Part shown: one piece after another, positions 38,920 to 52,062 of the stretch | How positions within the stretch are numbered: the first letter of the stretch is position 1 | Layout of the letters: each line of letters opens with the position of its first letter | From: Selaginella moellendorffii | Taxonomy: Eukaryota > Plantae > Lycopodiophyta | DNA length: 64,000 nt | Assembly: GCF_000143415.4 (NCBI RefSeq) | Contig: NW_003314394.1 | Location: 248,042-312,041 of the forward strand | Reading direction: 5' to 3' | Notes under the pieces: generated by a model | What the model was told of the DNA's origin: nothing | Databases searched by the model: none | What the model saw: only the letters and a program-made list of their open reading frames with translations | Program-made: the position numbers and the translations under genes

Positions 38920-39714
38920 NNNNNNNNNNNNNNNNNNNNNNNNNNNNNNNNNNNNNNNNNNNNNNNNNNNNNNNNNNNNNNNNNNNNNNNNNNNNNNNNN
39001 NNNNNNNNNNNNNNNNNNNNNNNNNNNNNNNNNNNNNNNNNNNNNNNNNNNNNNNNNNNNNNNNNNNNNNNNNNNNNNNNNNNNNNNNNNNNNNNNNNNN
39101 NNNNNNNNNNNNNNNNNNNNNNNNNNNNNNNNNNNNNNNNNNNNNNNNNNNNNNNNNNNNNNNNNNNNNNNNNNNNNNNNNNNNNNNNNNNNNNNNNNNN
39201 NNNNNNNNNNNNNNNNNNNNNNNNNNNNNNNNNNNNNNNNNNNNNNNNNNNNNNNNNNNNNNNNNNNNNNNNNNNNNNNNNNNNNNNNNNNNNNNNNNNN
39301 NNNNNNNNNNNNNNNNNNNNNNNNNNNNNNNNNNNNNNNNNNNNNNNNNNNNNNNNNNNNNNNNNNNNNNNNNNNNNNNNNNNNNNNNNNNNNNNNNNNN
39401 NNNNNNNNNNNNNNNNNNNNNNNNNNNNNNNNNNNNNNNNNNNNNNNNNNNNNNNNNNNNNNNNNNNNNNNNNNNNNNNNNNNNNNNNNNNNNNNNNNNN
39501 NNNNNNNNNNNNNNNNNNNNNNNNNNNNNNNNNNNNNNNNNNNNNNNNNNNNNNNNNNNNNNNNNNNNNNNNNNNNNNNNNNNNNNNNNNNNNNNNNNNN
39601 NNNNNNNNNNNNNNNNNNNNNNNNNNNNNNNNNNNNNNNNNNNNNNNNNNNNNNNNNNNNNNNNNNNNNNNNNNNNNNNNNNNNNNNNNNNNNNNNNNNN
39701 NNNNNNNNNNNNNN
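38920..39714. other. Assembly gap (795 N)
   Basis: Run of N. Confidence 1.
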
Positions 39715-40110
39715 AAAAAAAATTTTATGTGTGGGGATATAGAAGAGAGAGTAGAGAAAAATTGAGAAAGAAAGAAAAATAGTGGATTAAAAAGCAATAG
39801 AAGAGGAATTTTTAGCAACTATCAAAGAAAAATGAGGAAATAAGAAAAAAAAAATCTGCTCAAAATTTGGAGAATAGGGGACCTTTTGTTCTAAAATACT
39901 TCAACTATTATAAAATAAGTAAAAGATTCACACTGCTTAACCTACTCAACACACAACTCAACACTTCAAACGAAAAAATAAAAATAAAAACCCACATTCT
40001 CAAAAGAACACATAAAATCTTTAATAACAATGGCAAAATAAAAGCTTTTAATGATATTTACCACTGGGGGCATACACCCAATTTAAAACTTTAATAAAAG
40101 TGATTTAATT

Positions 40111-40112
<2 letters not shown>

Positions 40113-40186
<74 letters not shown>
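40113..40186. repeat. (TA)37 microsatellite
   Basis: Directly visible. Confidence 0.97.
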
Positions 40187-40187
<1 letters not shown>

Positions 40188-41299
40188 CTTTGTTAAGGAT
40201 AGTAATATAACATATAGACCGTCCATTTGGTAGAAGGCAAAGTTTTTTGGCAATGTTTTGTTTAATATGTTACTATTGTGCTTTTACTTGAAGTTTATGC
40301 TTCAAATCCCCAAAAAATGGATTTCACATGTTGATAACTCCATTCACTCCACCAAAGGGTTCTTTTTCCTTTATTCTCTTTTACATTTAAATTTTATTAT
40401 CTTTTCTTTAAATCCCACCATATCATATTATTGTCAATTGAGGAGTGTGTCATCTCATTGTTATTATCACCCAACAACATTGTTTCTGTGGTTATGTCTT
40501 TTTCAGATCAAGTTTTTAGTGTTGTGTAACATGATCGTATTAGCATTAGTCCAATCCTTGGTGTATTGCCATCTTTAATATCTGTAGGACATAATTATAC
40601 GGCCTCTTTTGTTTTTGGTGTTTTATCATCTTCTAAGGTTATGGAGTGTAATCATGACATTGATTGGAGAGTTATGGATTCTTGGAGATGTTTGAGAATT
40701 AGGTTTTTGGGAAGATGATATTCATGAGATTGATTAGATTTTTACTAATGACTAATTCAATTACTTTAAGGATTGTTTTAAAGATAAATTAAAGATTTTG
40801 AAAGATAGGTGTCAATCCTTTAAGGATTATTTCATTTTGCATTTTGCTCTTTCTCAACTTTTTTTTATTTTTTAACCTGAGCTACTTTCTCATGTTCCTA
40901 GTGTTTCTTCTTCATCTACAATATTTTTTTCTCTAGCATTTTAATTATTTATGACTCTTATGATTCTTATTTTTAGTAGTATTGAGTTAAGTGTTTTTTA
41001 TCCTCTTCATACTAATTTAAATGTTAACCTAATGTTATGAACCAGCGCAAAAAGACAGAGATCTAGTTGCCCTAGACTATGCTACGCCACCTCTTGAGGT
41101 TCCTCACCACCCAACCACCCCCGAGCTATGACCATATGCGTGAACTTGAGATCCTTGTTTTTGTTTTGTCGGTAGAGTCTTTGATCAATTTTGGTGTTAA
41201 ATTAAATAATAATAATATAAACAATAAATATATATCAGCCCTATATTATATGCTTTACATTATAGTATAAAGAAAAATTATAATTTAGGCATTTTTATG

Positions 41300-44200
41300 A
41301 GCATTATGTTGTTGGAAGTTTCTAAAGTCAAGTATTAATTAAGGTAGAATGGATATAATAAATTTAGAGTGACACTTTTTTTGCAAAGAATTAATGTAGA
41401 TTGTCTCTTAGAAAATATAAAGAGCTTGATAAGCTAGGTCTCTAAAAGTCATCAACAAGTGACATAAGATTCTCAAACTTATTATAAAGCTTTTGGAATT
41501 TTTTGAATTTCATGAACCTTGTCAAGAGAAAATAAATTTTTCTCTGCACCTTGTGGACACTAAACATCAAGTACATCAACTACTATAGCATAGAATCCTC
41601 ATCCAAAAAATCCATAAATGTTGAAATAATAGGTTCTTTAAAAATATAAAAAGAAAGTGAAGAAGGAATAAAAGCACCAAAAAGGTGTTAACATCAGCCA
41701 TAGAACTCCCCATAACAACATTGAAATTATATATATAAAACTTTAAAGCCCACTAAGCAGTACAACAAACCAAATTCTTCCACTTCAATAATGAAATAAC
41801 TACAATATGATCACCTTTTAATAATGTCCAAAAACCATGTAAATATGCATAAAGTTTCTCGAAACCCAAACTACTACTAAAAACTCCTCTGTTATGGAGT
41901 AGTTCATCTCCGCTAAATTTAATATACAGCTAATATATGCAATGAGATGGTATTGACCATGCACACTTAAGCGCTTTTGCATTGACATACCTCCAAGACC
42001 AATATTAAAAACATCCATATGTAAATTAAAGGTTGAGTGTAGTTAAAATATGTTAAAATTGAAAAAGTCGTTAATAACTCTTTGAGATCCATAAATGCCT
42101 ACTCACAGTCCATGGACTAAATGAAAAACAACATTGACAACTTCAACAATATTTGCAATGGTGCAATACGATTAGAAAGATGATTAATGAAATAAGAGAT
42201 ATTGCACCTTGTTTAAGAAGTGTTGTACATAATTTATACACTTCGAAGTAAGAAACATTAAAATAGCCACAAGTGTGTCAGAATCAACTTTCAAACCTTC
42301 ACAAGAAATATAGTATCTAAGATAAGTTGTATCCTTGGACTTAAATACGCACTTCAACCATTTTAGTTTTAAACTAGCCAACACCTTACGAACATTATAA
42401 ACATATTCCTTTCACATTCCTTCCAAGTGGATCAAAACATTATCGATAAAGTCAATGGTCACCTTTAACATATTGCAAAGAACTTCATCCATCATCTGTT
42501 AGAAAGTTGCTAAAATATTGTTCAAACCAAACAGTATGACCAAGACCTTGTACAAACTAAATGGTATATGCAAAATAGTCTTGGGATATCTTTTTTGGCT
42601 TTTGGCACTTATCAATACTCAAAAATAAAATCTAACTTGATGAACCAATGACTTCTCTGCAGACAATCCAAAAGATCAACAATGTGAGGAAGAGGGATTG
42701 TCACTTCTTTTAATGGACAGTAATCGACACAAAAACAAATACTCCCATTAAGCCTTATCATAAGATGAGGTTCACACCCTAAGGACTTTTGAATAACACT
42801 CTTTTCCAACATTTTCTTGACGTTTACATGTAAAATTTTGATCTCTTTTGATGACCAAAGACGAATAGGAACCTTGATTGGATGAACATCCTCAATTGAA
42901 ATAGAATGATGTGTTGCAATCTTGGCTCTAAACAATATGTCAAATTCAAAGAGATTAACAAACTCCTTCATGACCAAATCAACAGTTACAACACAAAGAC
43001 CGTCAAAGTGATCTAAAGAGAATAGAACAAAATAAATACATAGAAAGAAATAATGGGGAGACAAAAGTGATGGAAGAAGAGGTAGAAGTAGTGGGATGAA
43101 GAAAAACAGAAATGAAAGGAATGAGAGAAATATAAATATGAGATAAAGGGGAAAAACTTTAAAGTCACATTTGGTATGAACCAATGTATAACAAGGATGA
43201 GGTTAAAAGTTTGACTTAACACCATCTGCAATGATTGCAACTCAAGCTTGAGATAGTCCACATGTACAACTAAGTCTACCTCATCCCGTGCACATACATA
43301 TATATAACTATTGCTATAAAGAATGAAAATTGGCTTTGCAACTCAATGCAAATATAAACGGCAACGTGTGACAATAGGTTAAGCAATAGAAGGTAAACTC
43401 AAGCCTATATCAACTAATGCAAAGAAAATAATAAAAGACCTTTTATTATAAAAATGAGCTTGAAAAGTAAATATTATATGAACTAGTGTCGAATGAACCC
43501 TTTGATGATACTCCCAAAAGAAAAATAAAAGGGTCACTAACTTATTTATGCAAGACCTCTCCACCACTGGTGCAACTCCTCATTTCTTAAAAGCATCTTG
43601 ATGTCTAAACCTTCCATTACAGCAGCACCAATAAAACGCTATTGACGCCAAGGTCTCCATCTAAGAAATGGAAGTCACTAATCCAGAAAATGCCGACAAT
43701 GCAAATAAGTGTGACTAACTTCATCACATAATTAGCAGTGAACATCACAGCCACATGACATCCTCACCCTTGTCCTTGAACTCGGGCAGAAGCAGCATCA
43801 ACCTCTATTGGAACATGACCATCTCCTTGTCAAGGGGCTAAAGTATGCTTGCGATTGAGACAAAATCAAAATCATAGATTTCTCTTTGTTTTAGACTAAG
43901 TGTGATTAATTAATGGGGGATTAGCAATAATCCTAGGGTTGTGACCCTTGGAGCAATTTTCCATCGTGGGGGTGGAAACCCTTTTATCAATTATGGAAAT
44001 GAAATACAAGAAAGAGCTTGTTGGAAAGTAAAGAGAAAGTGGTGGTGTGATGGAGAGTAATGAAAGCACTATTGAAGAGGCCAATGCCAAGGAGGACAAA
44101 CTTCTAAATGGTTATGGTGACAATTAGCACCTAAATGTGAGAAGGCTTAAGTCTCTAAGCAATAGTAGTTTCTCCATGTTTGCTCATCTTGGTGTTTATA

Positions 44201-44720
44201 GAGTTTTCTTCCACACTCTTACAAAAAGTGGAGCTGAAGGATGTGTAGCAAAAAGTGGAAGAGGTGATGTCTTATAATATTGTGCCAAATGAAGAGCATT
44301 ATCAAAGGTTGGAGCAAATGCATGCATAAATTTTATAATATCTTGACGAAGTGTTGGCCACAACATTCTTAACCTGATTCGCTTCAATATATTTGGCTCC
44401 ATACAAAGCAAGAGGCTTTGGAAACGAATGCTAAATTGCATCACTGTCTTAGATAGCCTTTGAAGAAGACAATACAATTGTTGAAAAGCATCATCACAAT
44501 TGTTAGCATGTCTAAATGCATATTTGAAGGAGTCTGTAAGAATACTCCAATCTACAAAAGTGATTCCACTCAAACCATTGTACCACTATAACATCGTCCC
44601 TTGGAGACATGTGGGAAACTCATGCAAATTCCAAGCATCATCCTAAGGATGATATATGGTAATCACTATAAAGTAATCAAACCAATAGTATACATCATCC
44701 CTAAAATTTATATGGAAGAA
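41300..44720 (-). mobile_element. Ty3/Gypsy gag-pol remnant (gag, protease, RT, RNase H)
   Basis: Gag-like W..L...F...F (44196-44573); ALVDIG protease-like (~43400); HPIK.P.R, GSICFCVDYCPLKEVT..PLPHIVDLLDCL...WFIKLD; LKLKWLKCVF; IAYISCILNLAEMNYSITE. Boundaries approximate. Confidence 0.85.
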
Positions 44721-45921
44721 CTCTAATTGGACATGAGGATTAGTAGCAAGAGTAGGAGGAATTGTGCCATGCACCATAAATGCCACTATCAATTGAATTT
44801 AATTGTTCAATTGCAAAGGTGGTGTGCAATGGTCAATTGCAAGGGTGGTGATAGCTTATATATAGAAGCAAGTGGTCTTAATTGAAATCAATCCAATAAG
44901 TGGCAAAATCCCACTATTAATATTAGTATATGGTGGTGGGTAGAACTTAATGATTAAGTTGGTAAGGAATAAAGAGGATGATAGTGTCCTTAAATAAAAT
45001 ACTCTCTTGGTGCAGGAAACACCAAGAAAATTATCAATGGTCTTGGAGGAAAAAAGGTAAAGTGCACCAAGCTAAAGGAAAACAACATCTCTTATTCTAG
45101 CTCACCATAGTTCTAAGTGATTTTGTAGGCTGGGTGATATTGATTGATGGGCTTTCTATGGATAACAACATCATTATCAAATAGTGGCCACTATTGATTG
45201 ATCATATAGACGACAAGCAAAGAAGGTTTCGGCTTTGTTTTGTAAGCTTTTGAGCTTCACACACACTCTTTGCAGACAATGGATGTGCATCTTCTCTTGG
45301 AAAACGTGAAAAGCTTGAAAAGCTAGGTCTCACCAGAGCTGTTTCTAAAAGGGGATTGGCAACAACGAACCTTTTAGTTTCTCATTTTCTCAAGGTAAGA
45401 ATATGTTTTATTTTTCCCACATTATATTATGAATGTATAATATAGATATTGCTTTGTATTTCATGGATTGGTCTTCTTTGTTTAAAACAATCAAGCATTG
45501 AAATCTTTGTTCTTGTTTCTAGACATGTACAGTGAAGCATTATATAAAATGGCCTCATATTACTGAGATGATCATATACTTCAATAAACTAAAATAAATT
45601 AACACATTAAGTGGCAAAAATAACATTTAAGGAGCATTTCAACTTCATTATATATTGCCTACATATTGATGGTAATGGCCATCAAACAAGACCCATCAAC
45701 CATTGGAATGTATGTTTTGTTTATGGATGACTTCATGTATAAAATTAGAGTTTTTTTTTTTTCAAATAATTTAAATTTTAAGAAGCTATGGGAGTTAAAT
45801 AGGAACTTGCAAGAAAAATATTTAGCTCTATGGAAATTGAGAAGCTTGAAATCTTGACACTTAAACAAATTTGAAAATTTCTAATTGTTCATCTGCTCTA
45901 GAACCAAATACACGAATCAAG

Positions 45922-46545
45922 TGTGTCTTGGACATGCTACAATAGCACATTGTACCTGGCTCTCCAGGTTATCCACACATCACTATAGAACCACCACGAA
46001 GCACTCTCACAGATCTGCCACACAGTATATATAGTAGGATATATCCCGATGTCTTCTGGAAAAGCGCAATATTGCTACTGAAGTTGACCATAGCACCCAG
46101 ATCTGGCGAAAGTTGAGCTTCAACTCCCACGAATGCATAAGGTACACAAACCTCCAACAGACCATAGCAGCATTATCCTAGGTGATGTAATCCATCTGAT
46201 AGCTCACCCTCGGCACTGATCCCTAACATCCTCTTTACGTGTGTGGAAGCAAGCACAAACCACAATTGCCAGGTTGAAAAGGTTCTAGGTCTCATCTCAA
46301 AGCTCCAAAACGCTTTTTCTTCTTGGCTTTGAGCAAAGTAGCATGGAACTAACACAACCATTCTGGATCGTCAACTCTGTCCACCACTTGGGGGGATCCA
46401 CCCCAGAAAAAACTGCTCAACTGCAGTGAAATTTCCAGGGCATGTCATCAGTACAGTAGCCACATATAGTAGCAGGAGCTTGCAAATGTCCCACAGCAGC
46501 ATACAAAGGATCATCATGTTGCCATTCTCTCCCACAAAAATATCT
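45922..46545 (-). pseudogene. Decayed Crinkler/RHS-type NTPase-nuclease paralogue (C-terminal half)
   Basis: Fragments CMLLWDICKLLLLY..LMTCPGNFTAVEQFF, WGGSP, VDDPEW, ASTHVKRML, NFSSNIALFQK and VRVLRGGS..ITWRARYNVLL align in order to the 593-aa ORF at 48844-50625. Confidence 0.82.
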
Positions 46546-46569
46546 TGAGTACTTGATTTCATCCCAGTC

Positions 46570-47560
46570 GGAAGAGAACACAATTGCGTGGTTGAAAGTG
46601 TACTACAGTCGAACAAAAGTTTGAAGACACTGTCTATATCTACAATGGTCCTTTTCAACTATAGCACACCTTCAGCTACAAAGAAGTTCACAAGAGAGAA
46701 TGGCAACGCAGTGATTGGTTGCATGCCATCCTAAGACCTTTGCGAGCTTACGCTGCTATACACTTCCACTGGATTGTTGAACAGCCCCAGAGATGTCACT
46801 GCAGTCGAGCAACTGTTTGGTTTTTGGGGTGAATTCCCCCAAGCGGTGCTAGACAGAGCTGATAATCTGGATTGGTTATGTCAATTCCAGGATGCTTTGC
46901 TTGAAGCCAGGAAAGAGAAGCGTTTAAACATCACTGGAGCTTTCAAATGAGAACCAAAACGTTTCAGCCATATCTTTCATCTCAAGCCTTTGGATCTGGA
47001 GTACAAGGTGGCAGTATGTCTGTGTCCGCGTACATCAAGAAGATGCTGGGGATCGGTACGGAGACTGAAACCTTCGAACATCAAGTGGATTACATCAAGG
47101 ACAACAAGCTCATCTTCGATAATACTAGTACTGTCAGCTGAAAGTTTGCATACCTTGTGCATTGCCTCTTGGCATCACGAGAGGTGAAGAAGCTCAACTT
47201 GGCAGTTGGATCCAGGTGCTGTGGTTGGCTTTGAGAGATTCAACTTTGGTAGCAATGTTGTGCTCTTCCAGAAGATCAGGGATATCATTATTCATTACCA
47301 AGAAGTCGGGATACTGCATTTCCAAGGATTCTCTAAGCTCACTAAGTTCTTGCTACAATGCTGTGGGAGTGCCTCGTGATGGTTTTCCTGTGATGGTTCA
47401 AAGAGCCAGCCATGACACACTGCTGCAGCACGTCCAAGACACGGTGGTGAAGTTTGGAAAGAGTGCAAAATTCGTTTATCTAGTTCCGGATGAGATGTTT
47501 GACGAGTACCTGATGCAGAGGATGATGTGGGGACAGTTGCAAGTGGAATGGATCCATCGC
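46570..47560 (+). pseudogene. Decayed Crinkler/RHS-type NTPase-nuclease paralogue (C-terminal two-thirds)
   Basis: EDTVYIYNGP, CMPS*DLCELTLLY, LFGFWG, HIFHLKPLD, DYIKDNKLIFDN, KFAYLVHCLLAS, CYNAVGVPRDG and FVYLVPDEMFDEY..QRMMWGQ are collinear with the intact copy. Contains stops and frameshifts. Confidence 0.9.
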
Positions 47561-47584
47561 GAAGAAAAACTCCAAATCCAGCTT

Positions 47585-47910
47585 GCTATCCCTGTTTCTT
47601 TGTGTATCCCATCACCAGAGAGTTCCACAGAGCCAAGCCTGGATTTGCCAAGCTCTCAAAGATCATGAGAGCCTCCGCCATGCTTCCACAGCTCGAGCAC
47701 ATGCCCAGGCAGCGGTGCTAGAAAGATCTCCAATCCCGGCAGCGTGAATTCTCCTGCCAAGCTCGACCTCTCTCGCCGTGCTGCACGCTTCAAGGAAGGT
47801 GAACACGTTTGGACCGCTTACCTCGCTGAAGAAATCCCTCCTCACGCCATAACACGATCGATGGAATCCCAGCCCTACATTCGCAAAGGCGTTGGCGCGG
47901 CATTTCATTC
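47585..47910 (-). pseudogene. PLS-type PPR gene fragment
   Basis: GPNVFTFLEACSTAREVELGRRIHA, then (frameshift) LGMCSSCGSMAEALMIFESL..LALWNSLVMGY* - consecutive PPR motifs. Confidence 0.75.
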
Positions 47911-48730
47911 GTCATAAACCCTAGCCCCTCCTTAGGCGTTTCAGATCTGTCTCAAAAACCTTGTCACTACTGTCCTCGTGAGCCTGAGGCATGGTGACAA
48001 CAGCTACCGCTAGTGTGGCCACACGGCTACCCTCATTTTCTCATGCTCCTGCCCAAGGAGAGGAGGGGAGGGCTTAGGAGAAAGGAAAATAAGGCCACAA
48101 TGTCTTTCTGCCTGGTCTCTCACTTTCCTCTTCTCTGGTAGCAAGAAAGGGAATTTTTAAGATCTTGGAAAAACAGTACTTCCCCAACGCCAACATTCGT
48201 GCTCGACTGCAGATGAGGTCCAGAAAGGATTGGCGGAAAGGATTGGCGTGTCCATTCGGCGTCAAGCCAGAGAACTCGGATGCATTTGCACTCGAAATCA
48301 TGATGCGAAGCTCACGAGATTTTCTTCGTCGATCGGATATAAGTTTCTACCTTTTGACCATGAATTCCAGTCTGTGTCCATAGCACAAAATACAAGAAAC
48401 AAAGATTTCTTTTCACATGCTATTGCATCTCGAGCAAGCCGTCACGAATGTCCCAGTGGTAAAAGATGTCCACCTTCGTAGTGTACCACAAAGCTCCTCG
48501 AGCGTCCAGACGCTTTCGATCAGTCTGTTCTCCACAGCGGTTCTTCCTGACGCCAAGCAGCAATTTTCTTCAGGCTAGTCGTTTGAAGTGCCTAAAATGC
48601 ATAGTAAACCGTTCGCACTAAAATTCAAACATGATTCTAAAACATTCCAAAATTTGAGCTGCAAAACAACAATGAGGTCCATATGAAATAAGATGCACAA
48701 TGCTTACCGTCATCAGCCAAACGCTTGGTA

Positions 48731-50625
48731 TTACGTAGATATCTCACTCGGTCCAGCTGCAAAACTACAATGACTGTGTGAAATAAGATGAACAATGCTT
48801 ACCATCATCAGCCAAACGCTTGGTTCCATCAGTGGCAGGACGTTTAGCAGCTCCACCTGTGCAAATACACAAAATCAAATAAACAAACGATAAACACACA
48901 CACCATGGTCGGTCGCGTCGGCACCAATCGGACGCTTACTGCCGTCTGAACTATCACGGGTCTCCTCTGCAGTGAAACAAACACATGCAAAGCTAACTGA
49001 AATGAGCTGAAAAGCTTACCATCACCAAACAATGGAATTTGATGCATAATGTTGACAGGAAAGTCCGCTGGAATGCCCACGACGCTCACTTCACAAGGCC
49101 AGGTCATCTGTGTCTGTCCCCACATCAATCTCTGGGGCGGATACGTATCAAACATCTCATCTGGAACTAGATAGAGGAACTGAACTTTCCCGTTGAACTT
49201 TTCCATGGCATCCTCAACGTACTGCATTAGCGCATCGTGTCTGACGTTCCGAGTAATCTGGAGAAGTAACGCAGATCCGTCACGCAGTATTCCCACAGCA
49301 TCGTAGCAAGGGTACGACGGGTAATCGGGCACGTAATATCCTAGATTGCCTGATATATCCCTGAGCTTGCGGAAGAGAGTAACGTTGCCGTTGAAATCAA
49401 ACTTCAAGTTGCTGCCTCCACTGCAAGTATCTTGAGTGTGGACCAATCTTCTCGAACGAAACTCGAGCTTCTTCACCCCTGTGGACGCCAAAAGGCAATG
49501 TACGAGGTACTCAAACTTCCGGCCCACCAAAACAGCGTTGTCCATGATGAACTTGTTATCCTTGATGTAGTCCATTAGCTGTCTGAAACTCTCCATTTTT
49601 CTAGCGGCCTCCAGCGTCTTCTTTACGTGGGAAGATGCATAAACCACAGCTGCCGTTCTATATGCCGGGTCCAAAGGCCTCAGATGGAAGATGTAGCTGC
49701 TGTTGTCCCTGTCCTGTCTCAAAGCCATCACAATGTCCAGGTCTTTATGATTCCTCGCATTTCGCAAAGCAGTCTCAAACCGAGAGACGTAATCTGGATC
49801 GTCGAAGGTGTCAAACACGGCCCGGGCAGATCCACCCCAAAAGTCAAACAGTCCTTTCAGCGACGTGAAATCCCCAGGATTGTTCATCAGGCCAGCAGAT
49901 GCGTACAGGAGAGCCAGTTCGCCTAGATCCCACAGAGGCATGTAAACGACTGCACAGACAGTATCCTTGATAAATTGCCTCGTGAACTTCGCTTCGTCCT
50001 TGTTGGACGAGAACATGACGACTTGGCTGAGAGTATGCTGTGGCCTCAGAAGCGGCCCATTGCAGAGGAAGACTGTGTCTTCCGTGCGCCGCGAGTCAAA
50101 TGCTCCCACGACGCCTTCCACCACTTCGTTGCCTCGAAAGAAAAAGCTCAGGCCAGGACCATCGATGGTAGACTCTTCCCAAATGAGCTCCCTGTTAACA
50201 AACGCCGGATGGTTCCTCAGCTGCATGAGTAAGTAATACCCAAAGTAAGTCTTTCCCGTGCCCGGTGTTCCCGCGACGATGAAGTTGTCGACGTTGCCTC
50301 TGCGACCTTTCACTTTGCCCAAGAGAATGTTTATCGCCAGAGAAGCGAAGTCGAGATAGACTCTCCGGACAATCAGCTTATTTTTCTTTGAGTGTAGAAA
50401 GGCGGTCCCCCGCTGCAACGTGACGGTGTCAAGCTCTATCTGCACTCGCCGCTTGTAGGTCTGGGGGCCGGGAACTCTGGACACTATGACGGCAGGCGTG
50501 ACGGCTTTCCTTGGCACAATACATACACATGGAGCTGTAGTTGCAGACGGGATCGACTCCCAGAAGCGTCTGACGGCCACCTCTCCCCGCGGCGCTCCAT
50601 CTGGATCGCATCCAAAGCACCGCAT
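48731..50625 (-). CDS. Crinkler/RHS (CR)-like protein: P-loop NTPase + PD-(D/E)xK-like endonuclease domain; one large exon plus three small 3' exons
   Basis: Walker A IVAGTPGTGKTYFGYYLL; VVMFSS; YMPLWDLGEL; FWGGSAR; GRKFEYLVH; YYVPDYPSYPCYDAV...LLLQIT...H. Predicted donor GATG|GTAAGC at ~49019, then small exons, ending in TAA at 48731-48733. The unspliced ORF ends at 48844. Confidence 0.8.
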
Positions 50626-52062
50626 TACCCTAAACCGTACAACCTGCCCTAAAATTCTTTCTCTTTTCTACCTTTTGTTTTCTCAGGCTTCATGAGCTGC
50701 AGGCAAAGCTATCTTCTTGCTTCTGCTGCTTCTCATAACTTTCTGGCTCAAAGTCACTTGAGGAAGATAGTTCTAAACTTAAAGCTGGGTTAAAAGGAGA
50801 ATCACAATGCTGTTGTGTAGTCGTCAAATTTCAGTTGTAGTTTGTTTCATTTAAAATAATCAGGATTTTTATAGCTGGTTGATTTATTTGTCACATTTAA
50901 AAAAACGCCAGGGAGACATGCTACCCACAACAAGGCCATTATGCATGAATGGTGCTTCAGCGAAATGAACTTATCCAACACCATAAAGACCATTAATATT
51001 AGGGGTTTGCCATTTTAAAATAGAAATTGTAAAATTTTCCACTTTTCCATAACATGTAAGTTCAATCTTTCTCTTTGACTTTGTTTTAGGATCACTTCTT
51101 AAAGCAGAAAAATAAATTTAGTATGCTTGAAGATGTCTTCTATAGTATAAAGAACTTAACTTAATGTTAAACCCAAAACAAGCAAAAAATATATAATATT
51201 TTATAATATGCTTTTCAGTGGGATATTTAGTACATATACATAATAAATAAATGGACTAGATTTAATAATTAAATCAATGAATAATATGGTTTTCCTCAAT
51301 CAAATAACATACATTACTTTTCCATGTGACAACAGAGGAAGAAGAATGTATTCATTATGAATGTTATTTGATCTTTCTCTTTAACTTTGTTTTTTCTTAA
51401 GGCAGAAAAATAAATTTAATATTCTTTATAGTTCCGTTATCCTATATTCTAAAGAAATTAACTCAAAACAAGCAAAAGTAACATAAAAATCATTTAAGCT
51501 TTTTGGTGGCATATATTTGATTTTTTGCCAATTCTAATGGTAGATTTAATAATCAAATCAATGGATACTATAGTTGTGCTCAATCAAACGGCTCAAAGTT
51601 AAATAGTTTTCAAAAATTTAAATAAACATAAGGTTATTCTTATTGCATATCAACGAATCTCAATCATATTTATATTTATACTTATATAGCTAAATTCTCT
51701 TTTATCTTATATGCAAGAACTAATTTATCAGTTCTTGAAGTAAATTGGAGTTTTAATTTGTTTTTCGCCATTTACATATTAAATCTTTAGAAGTCATGAT
51801 AATTGTCAACATCAACAGGATAAACCTAAAACTACAAAAGGTATTTGAAGAATACTTTCTATTTTTCTTTTATAACATTTATATGATAGATTCAGACTTA
51901 AATAATAATTTTAAAGTAAATGACAGTCATGTAAGTTGCGTCCTATTGGGTGTTGAAGAGAAACACGAAACAGATGTGCCAAGCATAGGGCAGATCTTAA
52001 GTACCTAGCATGACTTCAAGAAAGGAGTTGCCTGGATTATAGAGCAAGCACTGGGTGAAAAG

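Noticed and set aside
38846-39818. Three ~300-aa ORFs
   Set aside because: Artefacts of the N gap.
45270-45400. Isolated exon-like segment (CAG|ACAATGG...CTCAAG|GTAAG)
   Set aside because: No recognisable protein or adjoining exons.
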